From Candidatus Poribacteria bacterium (lineage in GTDB: Bacteria > Poribacteria > WGA-4E > PCPOR2b), in the NCBI GenBank assembly GCA_965116925.1, contig OZ220744.1:2624001-2688000 (forward strand): a stretch of DNA of 64,000 bases. Direction: 5' to 3'. The position numbers were made by a program, and so were the translations under genes. Each line of letters starts with the position of its first letter. Position 1 is the first letter of the stretch. The notes beneath the pieces were generated by a model. That model was not told the origin of the DNA and did no database searches. It saw only the letters and a program-made list of their open reading frames with translations. This document shows positions 1 through 9,706 of the stretch, piece by piece.

Positions 1-705
1 GGTTGTATGGATCAGCGCACCATTACCGCCGACCGCCCACCCCATCTGATCGGTGAGCATATACATTCCATCAAGACTGGCAGCAACGCCGCCCTGTTGG
101 GCTACCCACGTCATGCCCCCATCTGTGGTGCCAATCACAGTACCGGCATCGCCGACCGCCCACCCCGCTTGGGGGGTGGCGAATTGAACGCTCCGGATCG
201 CGTTATTAGTTCCCGTTTCCTGCCTCGTCCATGTCATACCGCCATCTGTGGAGTGAATGACGAGGCCCCCGTCGCCGCCTGCCCAACCGTGTCGGTCATC
301 GACGAAAAAGATGGTTGATAGGGATGCCCGCGTGCCGGTGGAAAGTTTCATCCATGTTGCGCCCCCGTCAACCGTTTTCAACACAGTTCCCTCTTCGCCT
401 GCAATCCAGCCGATTTGTGGGGTGATAAACCGGACTTTGTGGAATTCGTTTTTGAACGGGAGGGGTTGACTCGGTTGGTTGACCCAGGTTTCGCCTCCAT
501 CGCTCGTATGCAGAATTGTAGACTGCGCCCCGACAATCCAGCCGTGCTGTTGATCTACAAAGAAAATATCTATCAACGCTCCTTGCCATTTTGACTCACG
601 GATAGTGGTCCATGCCTTCTCTGACGCGAAGGTATTTGCCATAGAGATGAGTAACAACCCTATAGCGACCAACGTCGTGATATGCCACTGTTTGTTAATT
701 TTCAT
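1..705 (-). CDS. Secreted YCF48/BNR-repeat beta-propeller protein (partial, runs off window start)
   Basis: Not in ORF track; own translation from ATG at 705 after GGAGG: MKINKQWHITTLVAIGLLLISMANTFA (signal peptide), then repeated FxDxxHGWxVG..G.ILHTxDGGxTW units. Confidence 0.85.
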   Translation of the reverse strand, partial: MKINKQWHITTLVAIGLLLISMANTFASEKAWTTIRESKWQGALIDIFFVDQQHGWIVGAQSTILHTSDGGETWVNQPSQPLPFKNEFHKVRFITPQIGWIAGEEGTVLKTVDGGATWMKLSTGTRASLSTIFFVDDRHGWAGGDGGLVIHSTDGGMTWTRQETGTNNAIRSVQFATPQAGWAVGDAGTVIGTTDGGMTWVAQQGGVAASLDGMYMLTDQMGWAVGGNGALIHTT

Positions 706-821
706 TTTTTTGGTTCCTCCCATTGTGATTTCGTTGGCTGTTGTAAACACAAATATATTATACAACGATGGATTAATGCCGTCAAGCAGTTCTTTGCGGT
801 TTGTGGGTCTCAAATCCCGCC

Positions 822-850
822 TTGACAGTCTGCTATAGTGGTGATATGAT
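822..850 (+). promoter_or_regulatory. sigma70-like promoter upstream of recD2
   Basis: TTGACA(822-827)-N17-TATGAT(845-850). Confidence 0.55.
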
Positions 851-997
851 AACGGACTGATGGCTGAAGACGGGAAAACGAGAAAACGGGAAGACCAGAT
901 CTCATTGAGGGGTGCTCATATAGCTCAAGCGTTCAATGAACTAATGATTTTCACGTTTCACGCATCACGTTTCAACAATTGGCATTAGGTTAATGAT

Positions 998-3169
998 ATG
1001 GAAAAACTTGTAGGTATCCTTGAACGGATTGTTTTTGAAAACGCGGAAACGGGCTATACCATCGCTCGATTGACTTCGCGTGATTACCCGACCGAACTGA
1101 TCACCGTTGTGGGGAATCTTGCTACCGCAAGTGCAGGTGAAAGTCTCGCTCTCACCGGGGTGTGGGTCAATAACCCGCAATATGGCAGACAGTTCAAGAT
1201 CGAGGGATATGAGACGGTGCTGCCCGCAACTGTCGTTGGGTTGCGGAAATATCTCGGTTCGGGGATGATCAAAGGGGTCGGTCCGGTGATGGCGGCGCGG
1301 ATTGTCAATAAGTTCGGGATGGACACGATGGATGTGATTGAGCAGACTCCCAACAAACTGCGGGAGGTCCAAGGAGTCGGCAAAAAGCGGGTCGATATGA
1401 TTAAGGAGGCGTGGGCAGCGCAACGCGAAATCAAGAACGTAATGCTTTTTCTGCAATCCAACAATGTCAGCACCGCCCATGCGGTCAAAATCTATAAGAC
1501 CTACGAAAGCGATGCGATCCCAATTGTCCGTGAAAATCCGTATCGCCTCGCCGATGACATTTACGGGATAGGCTTCAAAACAGCGGATACCATTTCGCAG
1601 AACCTCGGTATCGCGCCTGAGTCCCCGCACCGAGTGATGGCGGGGATCAAATATGTGCTAAGTCATAAAGCGGATGACGGTCACGTTTTCCTGTATCAGG
1701 AGGAATTGCTCACCGCGTGTGAGGAGATCTTAGAGCTACCGCCCGATCTGATTGAGGAGGGAATCGCGGAATTAATCGCGAAGGAGGAGATTATTTTTGA
1801 AAACACACCGGAGGGTGAGGCGATCTACCTCGCGCCATTTTACTATGCGGAGATCGGTGTAACCAATACGGTGTCAAAGTTATTGCAAACCCCTGCTAAT
1901 CCTATTGCGGTCGGTTTCGTTGACGGATCGATTGATCGGCTTGAAAAGCAGATGGGGATCCATTTTGCTGCCAATCAGCGGGAGGCGGTTAAGACCGCGT
2001 TGACCGCTAAGGTGATGCTCTTGACCGGTGGACCGGGGACGGGAAAAACGACGACAACGATCGGTATGCTCCATCTCTTTGAAGCCCTTGAAAAGCGGGT
2101 ACTGTTAGCAGCACCCACTGGACGGGCGGCGAAACGTATCAGCGAGACCACCGGACGTGAAGCCAAGACTATCCACCGCTTGTTAGAGTTCTCGCCGCAG
2201 GATAACGGTTTCAAACGGAATCAGGAGAATCCGTTGGAGGCGGATGTGGTGATTATTGATGAGATGTCGATGGTTGATCTCATCCTGATGAACAACCTGA
2301 TGAAGGCGATACCGCCAAACGCGACTTTGATTATGATCGGTGATGTGGATCAACTGCCATCCGTGGGCGCGGGGAATGTGCTGACAGACCTCATTGCTTC
2401 GGGGCAGGTCACGGTTGTTACGTTGACGGAGATTTTCCGTCAAGCGCAGGAGAGTTATATCGTCACCAACGCGCACCGCATCAATCGTGGCGACTTTCCG
2501 CAGACGACCGGTCCCGCTGATCGCAACTTCTTCTTTATCGAGGAGGAGGATCCGGATCGGGCGGCTGACCTGATATGTGATCTTGTGGGGAAGCGTCTGC
2601 CTAAGCATTACGGCTACCACCCGATGGACGATATTCAGGTGCTCTGCCCGATGCGACGGGGCACGGTTGGCTCTGAAAATTTCAACAAACGTTTGCAGGA
2701 AATTCTCAACGATTCGTCGGAGGAGGCGATTCGGGGCGGTCGAAACTTTCGGGTCGGGGATAAGGTGATGCAGGTTCGGAATAACTACGACTATGAGGTT
2801 TTTAACGGGGATATTGGGCGTATCACCGATGTGGATCTTGTCGATAAGTTAGTCACGATCCAATTCCCTGAAAAGCATGTTGCTTTTGATATGGCGGATC
2901 TGAATGAGTTAGTGTTGGCTTACGGTATCACGGTCCACAAAGCGCAGGGTAGTGAGTATCCCGCTGTTGTTATACCGTTGATGACGCAGCACTATCTGAT
3001 GCTGCAACGGAATCTACTCTATACCGGCATTACGCGGGCGAAGGAGTTGGTTGTCCTCGTTGGAACGAAGAAGGCACTCGGTATGGCGATTCGGAATAAT
3101 AAGGTGGTTGAGCGGAATAGTTTTCTTGCGGAGCGGCTTCGAGGCGGTGTCAGTTCATTGGTTCATTAA
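998..3169 (+). CDS. recD2: ATP-dependent RecD-like DNA helicase RecD2
   Basis: 723 aa; N-terminal IVFENAETGYTIA and HhH region, Walker A GGPGTGKTT, APTGRAAKR, DEMSM, YGITVHKAQGSEY, RNLLYTGITRAK. Confidence 0.95.
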   Translation: MEKLVGILERIVFENAETGYTIARLTSRDYPTELITVVGNLATASAGESLALTGVWVNNPQYGRQFKIEGYETVLPATVVGLRKYLGSGMIKGVGPVMAARIVNKFGMDTMDVIEQTPNKLREVQGVGKKRVDMIKEAWAAQREIKNVMLFLQSNNVSTAHAVKIYKTYESDAIPIVRENPYRLADDIYGIGFKTADTISQNLGIAPESPHRVMAGIKYVLSHKADDGHVFLYQEELLTACEEILELPPDLIEEGIAELIAKEEIIFENTPEGEAIYLAPFYYAEIGVTNTVSKLLQTPANPIAVGFVDGSIDRLEKQMGIHFAANQREAVKTALTAKVMLLTGGPGTGKTTTTIGMLHLFEALEKRVLLAAPTGRAAKRISETTGREAKTIHRLLEFSPQDNGFKRNQENPLEADVVIIDEMSMVDLILMNNLMKAIPPNATLIMIGDVDQLPSVGAGNVLTDLIASGQVTVVTLTEIFRQAQESYIVTNAHRINRGDFPQTTGPADRNFFFIEEEDPDRAADLICDLVGKRLPKHYGYHPMDDIQVLCPMRRGTVGSENFNKRLQEILNDSSEEAIRGGRNFRVGDKVMQVRNNYDYEVFNGDIGRITDVDLVDKLVTIQFPEKHVAFDMADLNELVLAYGITVHKAQGSEYPAVVIPLMTQHYLMLQRNLLYTGITRAKELVVLVGTKKALGMAIRNNKVVERNSFLAERLRGGVSSLVH

Positions 3170-3219
3170 TTCATTGGTTCATTTTCACACTGGGGGACAT
3201 GGAACTAGTACAAATAGTT

Positions 3220-3519
3220 TCATAGCTCGATTGTTACTGGTCGGAAATGTGGTTCGGGTTCATCGTCAATGAATACATCTGGATTTAACTCAAGCATTTC
3301 TGGTAATTCTGCTTTAAGTGAATCCAGAAGTTTTTTCTTAGTTCTTTCCATGCAATTAACTCCTCCGACCCCTTGTACCCAACCGATCCACCAATTTCCT
3401 TCCTTGGCTATGTATGCTGTGAAGATTCGTTTGTGACCATTCAAGTCGGCCATGTCTTGGCTCCATGACTGCTTACCAAGTGCCTTTAGATTCTCCTCTG
3501 AATAATCTAATACTTTCAT
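3220..3519 (-). CDS. HicB-like antitoxin family protein
   Basis: FTAYIAKEGNWWIGWVQGVGGVNCMERTKKKLLDSL resembles the HicB N-terminal fold; GGAGG RBS. Confidence 0.65.
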   Translation of the reverse strand: MKVLDYSEENLKALGKQSWSQDMADLNGHKRIFTAYIAKEGNWWIGWVQGVGGVNCMERTKKKLLDSLKAELPEMLELNPDVFIDDEPEPHFRPVTIEL

Positions 3520-3561
3520 TGTTGATCCTCCATCGTAGATTACTCCTGTTTGTATTGGTGT

Positions 3562-3792
3562 TCATTCATTCCAGACATCCGCGTGGCTGAACCACCTCAA
3601 CTGATTCGTTTTTTCTCGTTCAAAAATATCTTCGAGATCTTCATAAAGCGGAGAGTCTTTATTGAGATCAAAGAACTCTTGTGTGGTAAACTCCATCAAT
3701 TCTTCACGTACCACCTTCCGAATGATTTGTTCCAACTGCTCAACAGTCAGGGTGACTGTCGTTTCCTCTGTTTTGGTCACGTTGTCGCTCAT
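3562..3792 (-). CDS. Small acidic hypothetical protein, antitoxin-like
   Basis: 76 aa; LTVEQLEQIIRKVVREE and C-terminal FSHADVW resemble small type II antitoxins. Confidence 0.5.
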   Translation of the reverse strand: MSDNVTKTEETTVTLTVEQLEQIIRKVVREELMEFTTQEFFDLNKDSPLYEDLEDIFEREKTNQLRWFSHADVWNE

Positions 3793-3878
3793 CTTGATTG
3801 TCCTTCTGTTTTTTGGTTTCTGCTGAAAAATTATCGAGCATTATAGCATACGATAATGGACAATACCAAGTCCTTATT

Positions 3879-6800
3879 TTACGTTGTTACTCTTTTCTCT
3901 ATGTCCGTGGTTTCGACGCGGACGCCTCGCCATTGACGAATATCGTCACTGATTGCGTAGAAAGCTGGAATTACGAACAGTGTCAAAAGGGTAGCCACCG
4001 ACAATCCCCAAACAATGGTGCTCGCCATCGGCATCCATATCGCAGACTTCCCACCGACTCCCAACGCCATCGGTAAAAGACCGCTCACAGTCGTAATTGA
4101 GGTGAGTAGGATTGGGCGTAGGCGTGTGCGTCCTGCGTTGATAATTGCTTGCCATTTTCCTGTCCCCGCCGTCCGTTGACGATTGATAAACTCAACCAGC
4201 ACTATCGAGTCGTTAACGACGATACCAGCCAGCGCAACAAGCCCGTATGTCGAAGCGACGCTCAAGGGGTTTCCAGAGGTGATCAGCCCTACCATTGCGC
4301 CGATGAATGCGAAGGGGACGGTCATCAGAATAATTAGCGGTTGGAGGAAGGATCTGAACTGCGTTCCCAGTATGAAATAGACCAGCATAATCCCGAAAGC
4401 GAAGAAGATGGGGATGTCCCTAAAAACCTGCCGAAACTCGGCAAATTCACCGCCTGATTCAAGTGTGTAGCCCGGATAGCGTGGACTAATCTTATCGAAA
4501 CGGGCACGGAGTCTCTGATTCACGTTCACCCCAGAAACTACTTCTTCATCCACATTGGCAGTGATTGTGATGGCTCTCTCCCCTTTATAGCGATGAATGG
4601 TTGAGTAACCTTGTGCTACACTCAGTTGGGCAACATCTCGGAGTGGCACTGGCACCCCCATTGCACCCATCAATTTTAGATTCTCCACATCTTGGAGCGT
4701 CGTGCGCGCGGATTCACTGAATTTGACGACGACATCAATCTCCTCATCGCCCTCACGGAATACAGTTGCCTTCGCGCCTTCAAACGCATTGCGTGCGGTG
4801 AAGGCGATCTGCTGGAGCGTCAGTCCATATTCGTTAGCCTTGTCCTCATCAATGTGAAGTTTAATCTCCTCTTGGCCAAGCGCGTAGTTGTCTTTGATGT
4901 CAATAACTCCGGGCATTTTCGCAAGTTCTGCTTTCAGTTGGTCTGTGATAGCTTCCAGTTCGTCAAAGTATTTTCCTTTTACTATGACTTCGACATCTGT
5001 GCCGGTGGGAGGTCCCTCTTCCCTTGTCTGAAATTCAATTCGCTCGGGACCCGTGATACGACTGTATCTCTGGCGGAGTTCTGCAATAATTTCATCAAGT
5101 GTTCGTTCACGATCTTTGGCTTCGGCGACTTCAATATGGAGCATTCCTACGTAGCTGTTACGCTCAGCGCGTTCGTTGTCCACTAGGCGAATGCCCGTTC
5201 TCGCGATGACTGCCTTGATTTCAGATTTGGTCATCGCGAGCGTAACTGCCTCAAATTCGCGCATTACATCATCTGTCGTTTCCAAGCGGGTGCCCACAGG
5301 CATTGTGACATAGGCAAAAATCATCGGATACTCGTCACCGTGGAACATGTCGACCTCCACTAGTCCAAAGCGGATTGGGAGAAAGCTCAGGAGTAGGCAA
5401 AGGAGAATACCACCCAGTATCCAGTATCGACGGCGCAGTGTGAAACTCAAGAATCTGGTGTAGGGCTTTAGGAGGTGGCGCATCAGTCTGTCTTGGGATT
5501 TGGGACGCCCAACTTTGCCCCAATCTGCGATGTGGGACGGTAAGATGAAGAAACATTCAAACAGGGAGGCGGCGAGCGTCAAGGCGACGATGATTGGGAT
5601 AATCTTCATGAATTTACCGACAATTCCCGGCAATAGTGCGAGTGGGAGGAAGATGGCAGCTGTTGTTAGGGAAGCGGTTATCACGGGACCTGCGACTTCA
5701 TGCGCTCCGTTGATAGCGGCTTGGATCGGCGATTCCCCCTCCTGCATCCGACGATAGACATTTTCCATTACAATAATAGCATCGTCCACAATGATGCCGA
5801 GCACCAACACCAATCCGAACAACGACATGGTGTTGATAGATTCGTTGGCAGCGCCCATGAGACCAAAGGTGATCAGGAGTGTCAACGGGATGCCGATAGC
5901 GACAAAAATTGCGTTCCTCAGTCCCATGAATATGTATAAGACAAGGAGGACGAGCAGTACCCCGAAAAGTGCGTTATATTGCAGCTTGCCGAGCGAATTA
6001 CGAATTTGGATTGAGCTGTCGTTCACTAATATGATTTCCGCACCTTCCGGCAGTCGATTTGTCCGATATTTCTCCGCTATGGTTCGGACTGTATCGACGA
6101 TCTGGATCGTACTCCCCTCGCCCCGTTTTGCCACTGAGAGTGTAATTGCGGGTTTGCCGTTCAAACGGGGGATTACGGTCGCTTCTTCATAGGTATCTCG
6201 AACCTGTGCAACGTCCCTGATGCGAATCTTGCCGCCGCCCGGAATCTGTTGCACTATCACATTTTGGATCTGGTCAATCGAATCGAACTCACCGACGGTG
6301 CGCAGCAGGTATTCCAACTGTCCAATCTTCAGTTCTCCAGCAGGGACGTTCATATTCTTGGCTGCCAACGCGCCGACAACTTGTTGCAGCGTCAATGAAT
6401 ACCGATCGAGGTGGTCGGGATTTATCTCGACCCAGATCTGGCGGTCACGAATCCCATAGACTGAAACCTCCAAGACATCCTCAACCGCTGCGATTTCATC
6501 TTGGAGTTCTTCTGCTAGTTTTTGTCTCTCCTTTTCTGGGAGGTCCCCCGCTATAATGACATCGACTACCGGTGTTAGTGTATTTGACTCTAGCTTGAAT
6601 ATAACAGGATCCTCCGCATCTTCAGGCAGATTTTGGACTTTGTCTAGCTCTGTGCGGAGGTCTTGATACAGTTTGTCAAACTCGTCACGTGAAATATTCT
6701 GATCAAATTTGACACTGATGCCGGTGGATCCTTCAGCGGCGGTTGAGGTGATAGACTCAATTTTATTTACGTCAGCGATTTCGTCCTCAATCGGCTTAGT

Positions 6801-6992
6801 GATCAGTTTTTCAATCTCTTCGGGCGAAACGCCGGGATACGCCACCCAAATAATTACCCAATTGAAGGACATATCGCGTTCGAGTTCGCGTGGCATATTG
6901 ATGAGCATATATGATCCCAAAACAATTGTCGCAATGGTGATCATGTGAACTAGGACTGGGTTGTTGACAGATAGTCTAAATACGGATTTCAT
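3879..6992 (-). CDS. RND efflux transporter permease (AcrB/AcrD/AcrF family)
   Basis: 1037 aa; YPGVSPEEIE, GIIVDDAIIVMENV, RLRPILLTSITT motifs, 12-TM pattern. Confidence 0.95.
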   Translation of the reverse strand: MKSVFRLSVNNPVLVHMITIATIVLGSYMLINMPRELERDMSFNWVIIWVAYPGVSPEEIEKLITKPIEDEIADVNKIESITSTAAEGSTGISVKFDQNISRDEFDKLYQDLRTELDKVQNLPEDAEDPVIFKLESNTLTPVVDVIIAGDLPEKERQKLAEELQDEIAAVEDVLEVSVYGIRDRQIWVEINPDHLDRYSLTLQQVVGALAAKNMNVPAGELKIGQLEYLLRTVGEFDSIDQIQNVIVQQIPGGGKIRIRDVAQVRDTYEEATVIPRLNGKPAITLSVAKRGEGSTIQIVDTVRTIAEKYRTNRLPEGAEIILVNDSSIQIRNSLGKLQYNALFGVLLVLLVLYIFMGLRNAIFVAIGIPLTLLITFGLMGAANESINTMSLFGLVLVLGIIVDDAIIVMENVYRRMQEGESPIQAAINGAHEVAGPVITASLTTAAIFLPLALLPGIVGKFMKIIPIIVALTLAASLFECFFILPSHIADWGKVGRPKSQDRLMRHLLKPYTRFLSFTLRRRYWILGGILLCLLLSFLPIRFGLVEVDMFHGDEYPMIFAYVTMPVGTRLETTDDVMREFEAVTLAMTKSEIKAVIARTGIRLVDNERAERNSYVGMLHIEVAEAKDRERTLDEIIAELRQRYSRITGPERIEFQTREEGPPTGTDVEVIVKGKYFDELEAITDQLKAELAKMPGVIDIKDNYALGQEEIKLHIDEDKANEYGLTLQQIAFTARNAFEGAKATVFREGDEEIDVVVKFSESARTTLQDVENLKLMGAMGVPVPLRDVAQLSVAQGYSTIHRYKGERAITITANVDEEVVSGVNVNQRLRARFDKISPRYPGYTLESGGEFAEFRQVFRDIPIFFAFGIMLVYFILGTQFRSFLQPLIILMTVPFAFIGAMVGLITSGNPLSVASTYGLVALAGIVVNDSIVLVEFINRQRTAGTGKWQAIINAGRTRLRPILLTSITTVSGLLPMALGVGGKSAIWMPMASTIVWGLSVATLLTLFVIPAFYAISDDIRQWRGVRVETTDIEKRVTT

Positions 6993-7168
6993 TATGGGGT
7001 CTTCCTAGTCGATTGCGTTATGTTATAGATTATTGCATACTTCTGGGCTTGACGTTATAGACGTTTTCGGGTATTCTTTCGTTGAAACAAGCGGCAAGGG
7101 ACACGGCATTTTAATTAAACGATAATAAGCGTCAGTGGCGTTGACCACATAGGGGGCAAATTTGAATT

Positions 7169-7594
7169 ATGGGCTGGATTAAATACGCAATTGTCACGGC
7201 ATGTGCGTTGGCTGCTGCAGATATGTGTGTGAAGTTGGCAGCGAACAGGATTTCTAGCAGTCTGTTGATGTTGATATACGGCTGCTGTACATTCTCGACT
7301 GGACTGACTTGGGTGCTGTGGCAATGGGCACGTGGCATACCGCAACATGCCCAGCTCTCAGGTGCTTTAGCGAGTATGGGTATGGGATTCGCGTTCAGCG
7401 GCGTGACTATAGGATTGTATGTTACCTTTAGCGCGGGGGCACCAATCTCTCTCGGCTCACCCGTTATCCGGTTCGGCGGGATATTACTGACAAGTATCGC
7501 TGGCATGATATTTTTACGGGAACCGCTCACCCTTCGATATGTTATCGGCGTACTGCTCGTCTGTAGTGGTATGTATTTGATTATTACGAGATAG
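7169..7594 (+). CDS. EamA/DMT family small membrane transporter
   Basis: 141 aa, ~5 TM, FLREPLT...IGVLL C-terminal motif. Confidence 0.75.
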   Translation: MGWIKYAIVTACALAAADMCVKLAANRISSSLLMLIYGCCTFSTGLTWVLWQWARGIPQHAQLSGALASMGMGFAFSGVTIGLYVTFSAGAPISLGSPVIRFGGILLTSIAGMIFLREPLTLRYVIGVLLVCSGMYLIITR

Positions 7595-7683
7595 GAAATC
7601 AGTGAAACGTGATACGTAAAAATCATTTATTGAGGTGTTAGGTTAAGTCTACCGCAGAGACGCGGAGAACGCAGAGAAGAATT

Positions 7684-7852
7684 TATAGTGAATTCAAAAA
7701 ATAAATAGACACTTGCGCCACCCGGTAGGTGCGGTTTGTAACCGCACTGCATCGGCGCAGTTAGAAACAGCGCCTACCAAACGGTAGAACGGTATCTTCG
7801 TTTTCCTACCCCCCCGATTTGGAGTGTCTAAGTAATTCTAAGATCTACCATA
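7684..7852. mobile_element. MITE family A (TATAGTG.. ends, IS630/Correia-like) carrying GTAG hairpins
   Basis: Left end TATAGTGAATTCAAAAAATAAATAGACAC, right end GTGTCTAAGTAATTCTAAGATCTACCATA; 8 loci in window. Confidence 0.8.
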
Positions 7853-7854
7853 GT

Positions 7855-8670
7855 TTACGCTGACAACATAATTCCCGCCCCGAATCTGCCCGTCCTTCCT
7901 TTTTGATATCGTTCAGAGAAAAACAGATGTGCATTGCAATAGGTGCATATCTGAGCGACCTCTATGTTTTGCGCTGGGATACCTGCCTCTATGACCTGCT
8001 GCTTGTTCGCTTCCCACAGGTTAAAATACCCTTTGCCATCGGGGGTTTCGTTGTTAATATAGCCGTCGGTGCTACCGAAGGTATCTTGTACTTGTGAGAT
8101 GACTTCGGGACCGACTTCGTAGTGACAGGGACCGATGGAGGGACCGATCCCTACGAGCATGTCGGTCGGATTGCAGTTGAATTCTTGCTTTAAGGTTTCT
8201 GCCGTTTTTTGCGCTGCCAATTTGACCGTGCCGCGCCATCCGGCATGTACAGCGGCTATCACCCGCTTTTGAGGATCGAAGAAAAGAACGAGCACACAGT
8301 CCGCCGCAAGAACCGTTAGGTACAGGCGAGGCACATCGGTTATCATTGCATCTGTCGCTTCGACTGCCGTATCAAGATCGGCTGCACCGCAGCCCCTCAT
8401 TTCTTCTGTTACGATTGTCACTGTGCCGCTATGCACCTGTTTTGGAATTGTAAAATCGGAGAGGGGGATCCCGACATTGGCTGCCAGACATTCGCGATTT
8501 TGCAGGACAGTCTTAGCGTTGTCTTCGACGTGAAACCCCAGATTGAGGGATTCGTAGGGCGAGGGACTTAAACCGCCGATGCGGGTCGAAACAAAGTGGT
8601 CTATCCCACTCTGTTTCGACAGGTTCTGGAACCGGAATGTGGACAGTGATTGAAGGCGGGTTTCTAACAT
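7855..8670 (-). CDS. pgeF: Peptidoglycan editing factor / YfiH-family purine nucleoside phosphorylase
   Basis: SLNLGFHVED, QVHSG, ADCVLVL, AVHAGWRG, IGPSIGPCHYEVG, CTYC..FFSER; start moved to ATG 8670. Confidence 0.9.
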   Translation of the reverse strand: MLETRLQSLSTFRFQNLSKQSGIDHFVSTRIGGLSPSPYESLNLGFHVEDNAKTVLQNRECLAANVGIPLSDFTIPKQVHSGTVTIVTEEMRGCGAADLDTAVEATDAMITDVPRLYLTVLAADCVLVLFFDPQKRVIAAVHAGWRGTVKLAAQKTAETLKQEFNCNPTDMLVGIGPSIGPCHYEVGPEVISQVQDTFGSTDGYINNETPDGKGYFNLWEANKQQVIEAGIPAQNIEVAQICTYCNAHLFFSERYQKGRTGRFGAGIMLSA

Positions 8671-8674
8671 AGCA

Positions 8675-9670
8675 CTAGGCATTGCTTTCGAGTGCCTGGA
8701 GCAACCCACGCATGTGCCCCACGCAGTAGGCGATGTACTCCCTGCCTTCTGGGCCGTCTGTGGTGAGTCGCATGATGTGATCGTAGTCGATGACCGCGTC
8801 GTAGCCCACATCGTGCAGTGCCTTAGCAACACGGTACATGTCCATGTCCCCAGCGTCGGGGATTACCTCCTCGTACCCCTTCTTTTCAGGAATCTTTCCA
8901 CGCACGTTGCGGAAATGGACGTGGAAGATTTTGCCCTGTCCCCCGAAGTGGCGAATGCCCTCAAAAACGTCTTCGCCCGATTCGTAACGGGTGCCGACGC
9001 AGAAGGTCATGCCGTTGTTCGGGGACGGGACTTCGGAAAACAGATGGTCGAAGGCGGCGAAGTTGTAAAGAACCTGTGGTACACCGTAGAGGCTGGGAAC
9101 GGGTGGGTCATTGCCGTGCATGGCAACCTTGACGCCTGCACTCTCTGCTACAGGCACAACGCTCCTAAAGATTTTCAGGGTGCGCTCCCAGATCTCATCG
9201 TGGGTCGGTGCGCCTTCTGGTGCGGGTTGATCGAGGGCTTCGCTCAGATCTACTTTCAGGTGCTGGTATCCGCCTCTGCCTTCAATGAAGCTGTGCATAG
9301 ATTCGGGGAAATGACCGAATTGCCCCGCCTGAAAACATTGGATCCCCATCACCGGCAGGTCAAATTCGCCGCAGAGTTCGGCGTTGACAATCAGATTGTC
9401 GATTTCTTCTTCGGAGCCGGGCTGACCGAGAAAGGTTTTGATGCAGTTGCTGTTAGCGGTGTTGGCACGTTCGATCTTTAAGCCTGCTTTGTCTATTACC
9501 TCTACAACTTGTTCTAATCCCTCGCGGTTTGCACGACCACCGGCGTCTGAATAGCCGGGACAGATGTCCAAGGTGATGTCCACGCAGTCAACGCCGATCT
9601 GTTTGAGAAAGGCGAGGTCGTTGGGACGGTTTAACCAGTCAGGGCTGATGCGGGTGCCAATTTTCATCAT
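8675..9670 (-). CDS. Mannonate dehydratase (UxuA)-like protein
   Basis: VPVAESAGVKVAMHGNDPP, MTFCVG, IFHVHFRNV, GDMDM, DYDH motifs. Confidence 0.8.
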   Translation of the reverse strand: MMKIGTRISPDWLNRPNDLAFLKQIGVDCVDITLDICPGYSDAGGRANREGLEQVVEVIDKAGLKIERANTANSNCIKTFLGQPGSEEEIDNLIVNAELCGEFDLPVMGIQCFQAGQFGHFPESMHSFIEGRGGYQHLKVDLSEALDQPAPEGAPTHDEIWERTLKIFRSVVPVAESAGVKVAMHGNDPPVPSLYGVPQVLYNFAAFDHLFSEVPSPNNGMTFCVGTRYESGEDVFEGIRHFGGQGKIFHVHFRNVRGKIPEKKGYEEVIPDAGDMDMYRVAKALHDVGYDAVIDYDHIMRLTTDGPEGREYIAYCVGHMRGLLQALESNA

Positions 9671-9706
9671 TGTTTGTGCTCCTTGTTAATATAGGTGATT
9701 TGTGAG

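Noticed and set aside
7..838. Short ORFs at the window start (7-318, 257-469, 368-589, 605-838)
   Set aside because: Explained by the minus-strand beta-propeller gene 1-705, which the track missed because it has no stop in the window.
8714..9481. Long antisense ORFs (also 965-1630, 50839-51606 and similar)
   Set aside because: Shadows of well-supported genes on the opposite strand; no recognisable motifs.
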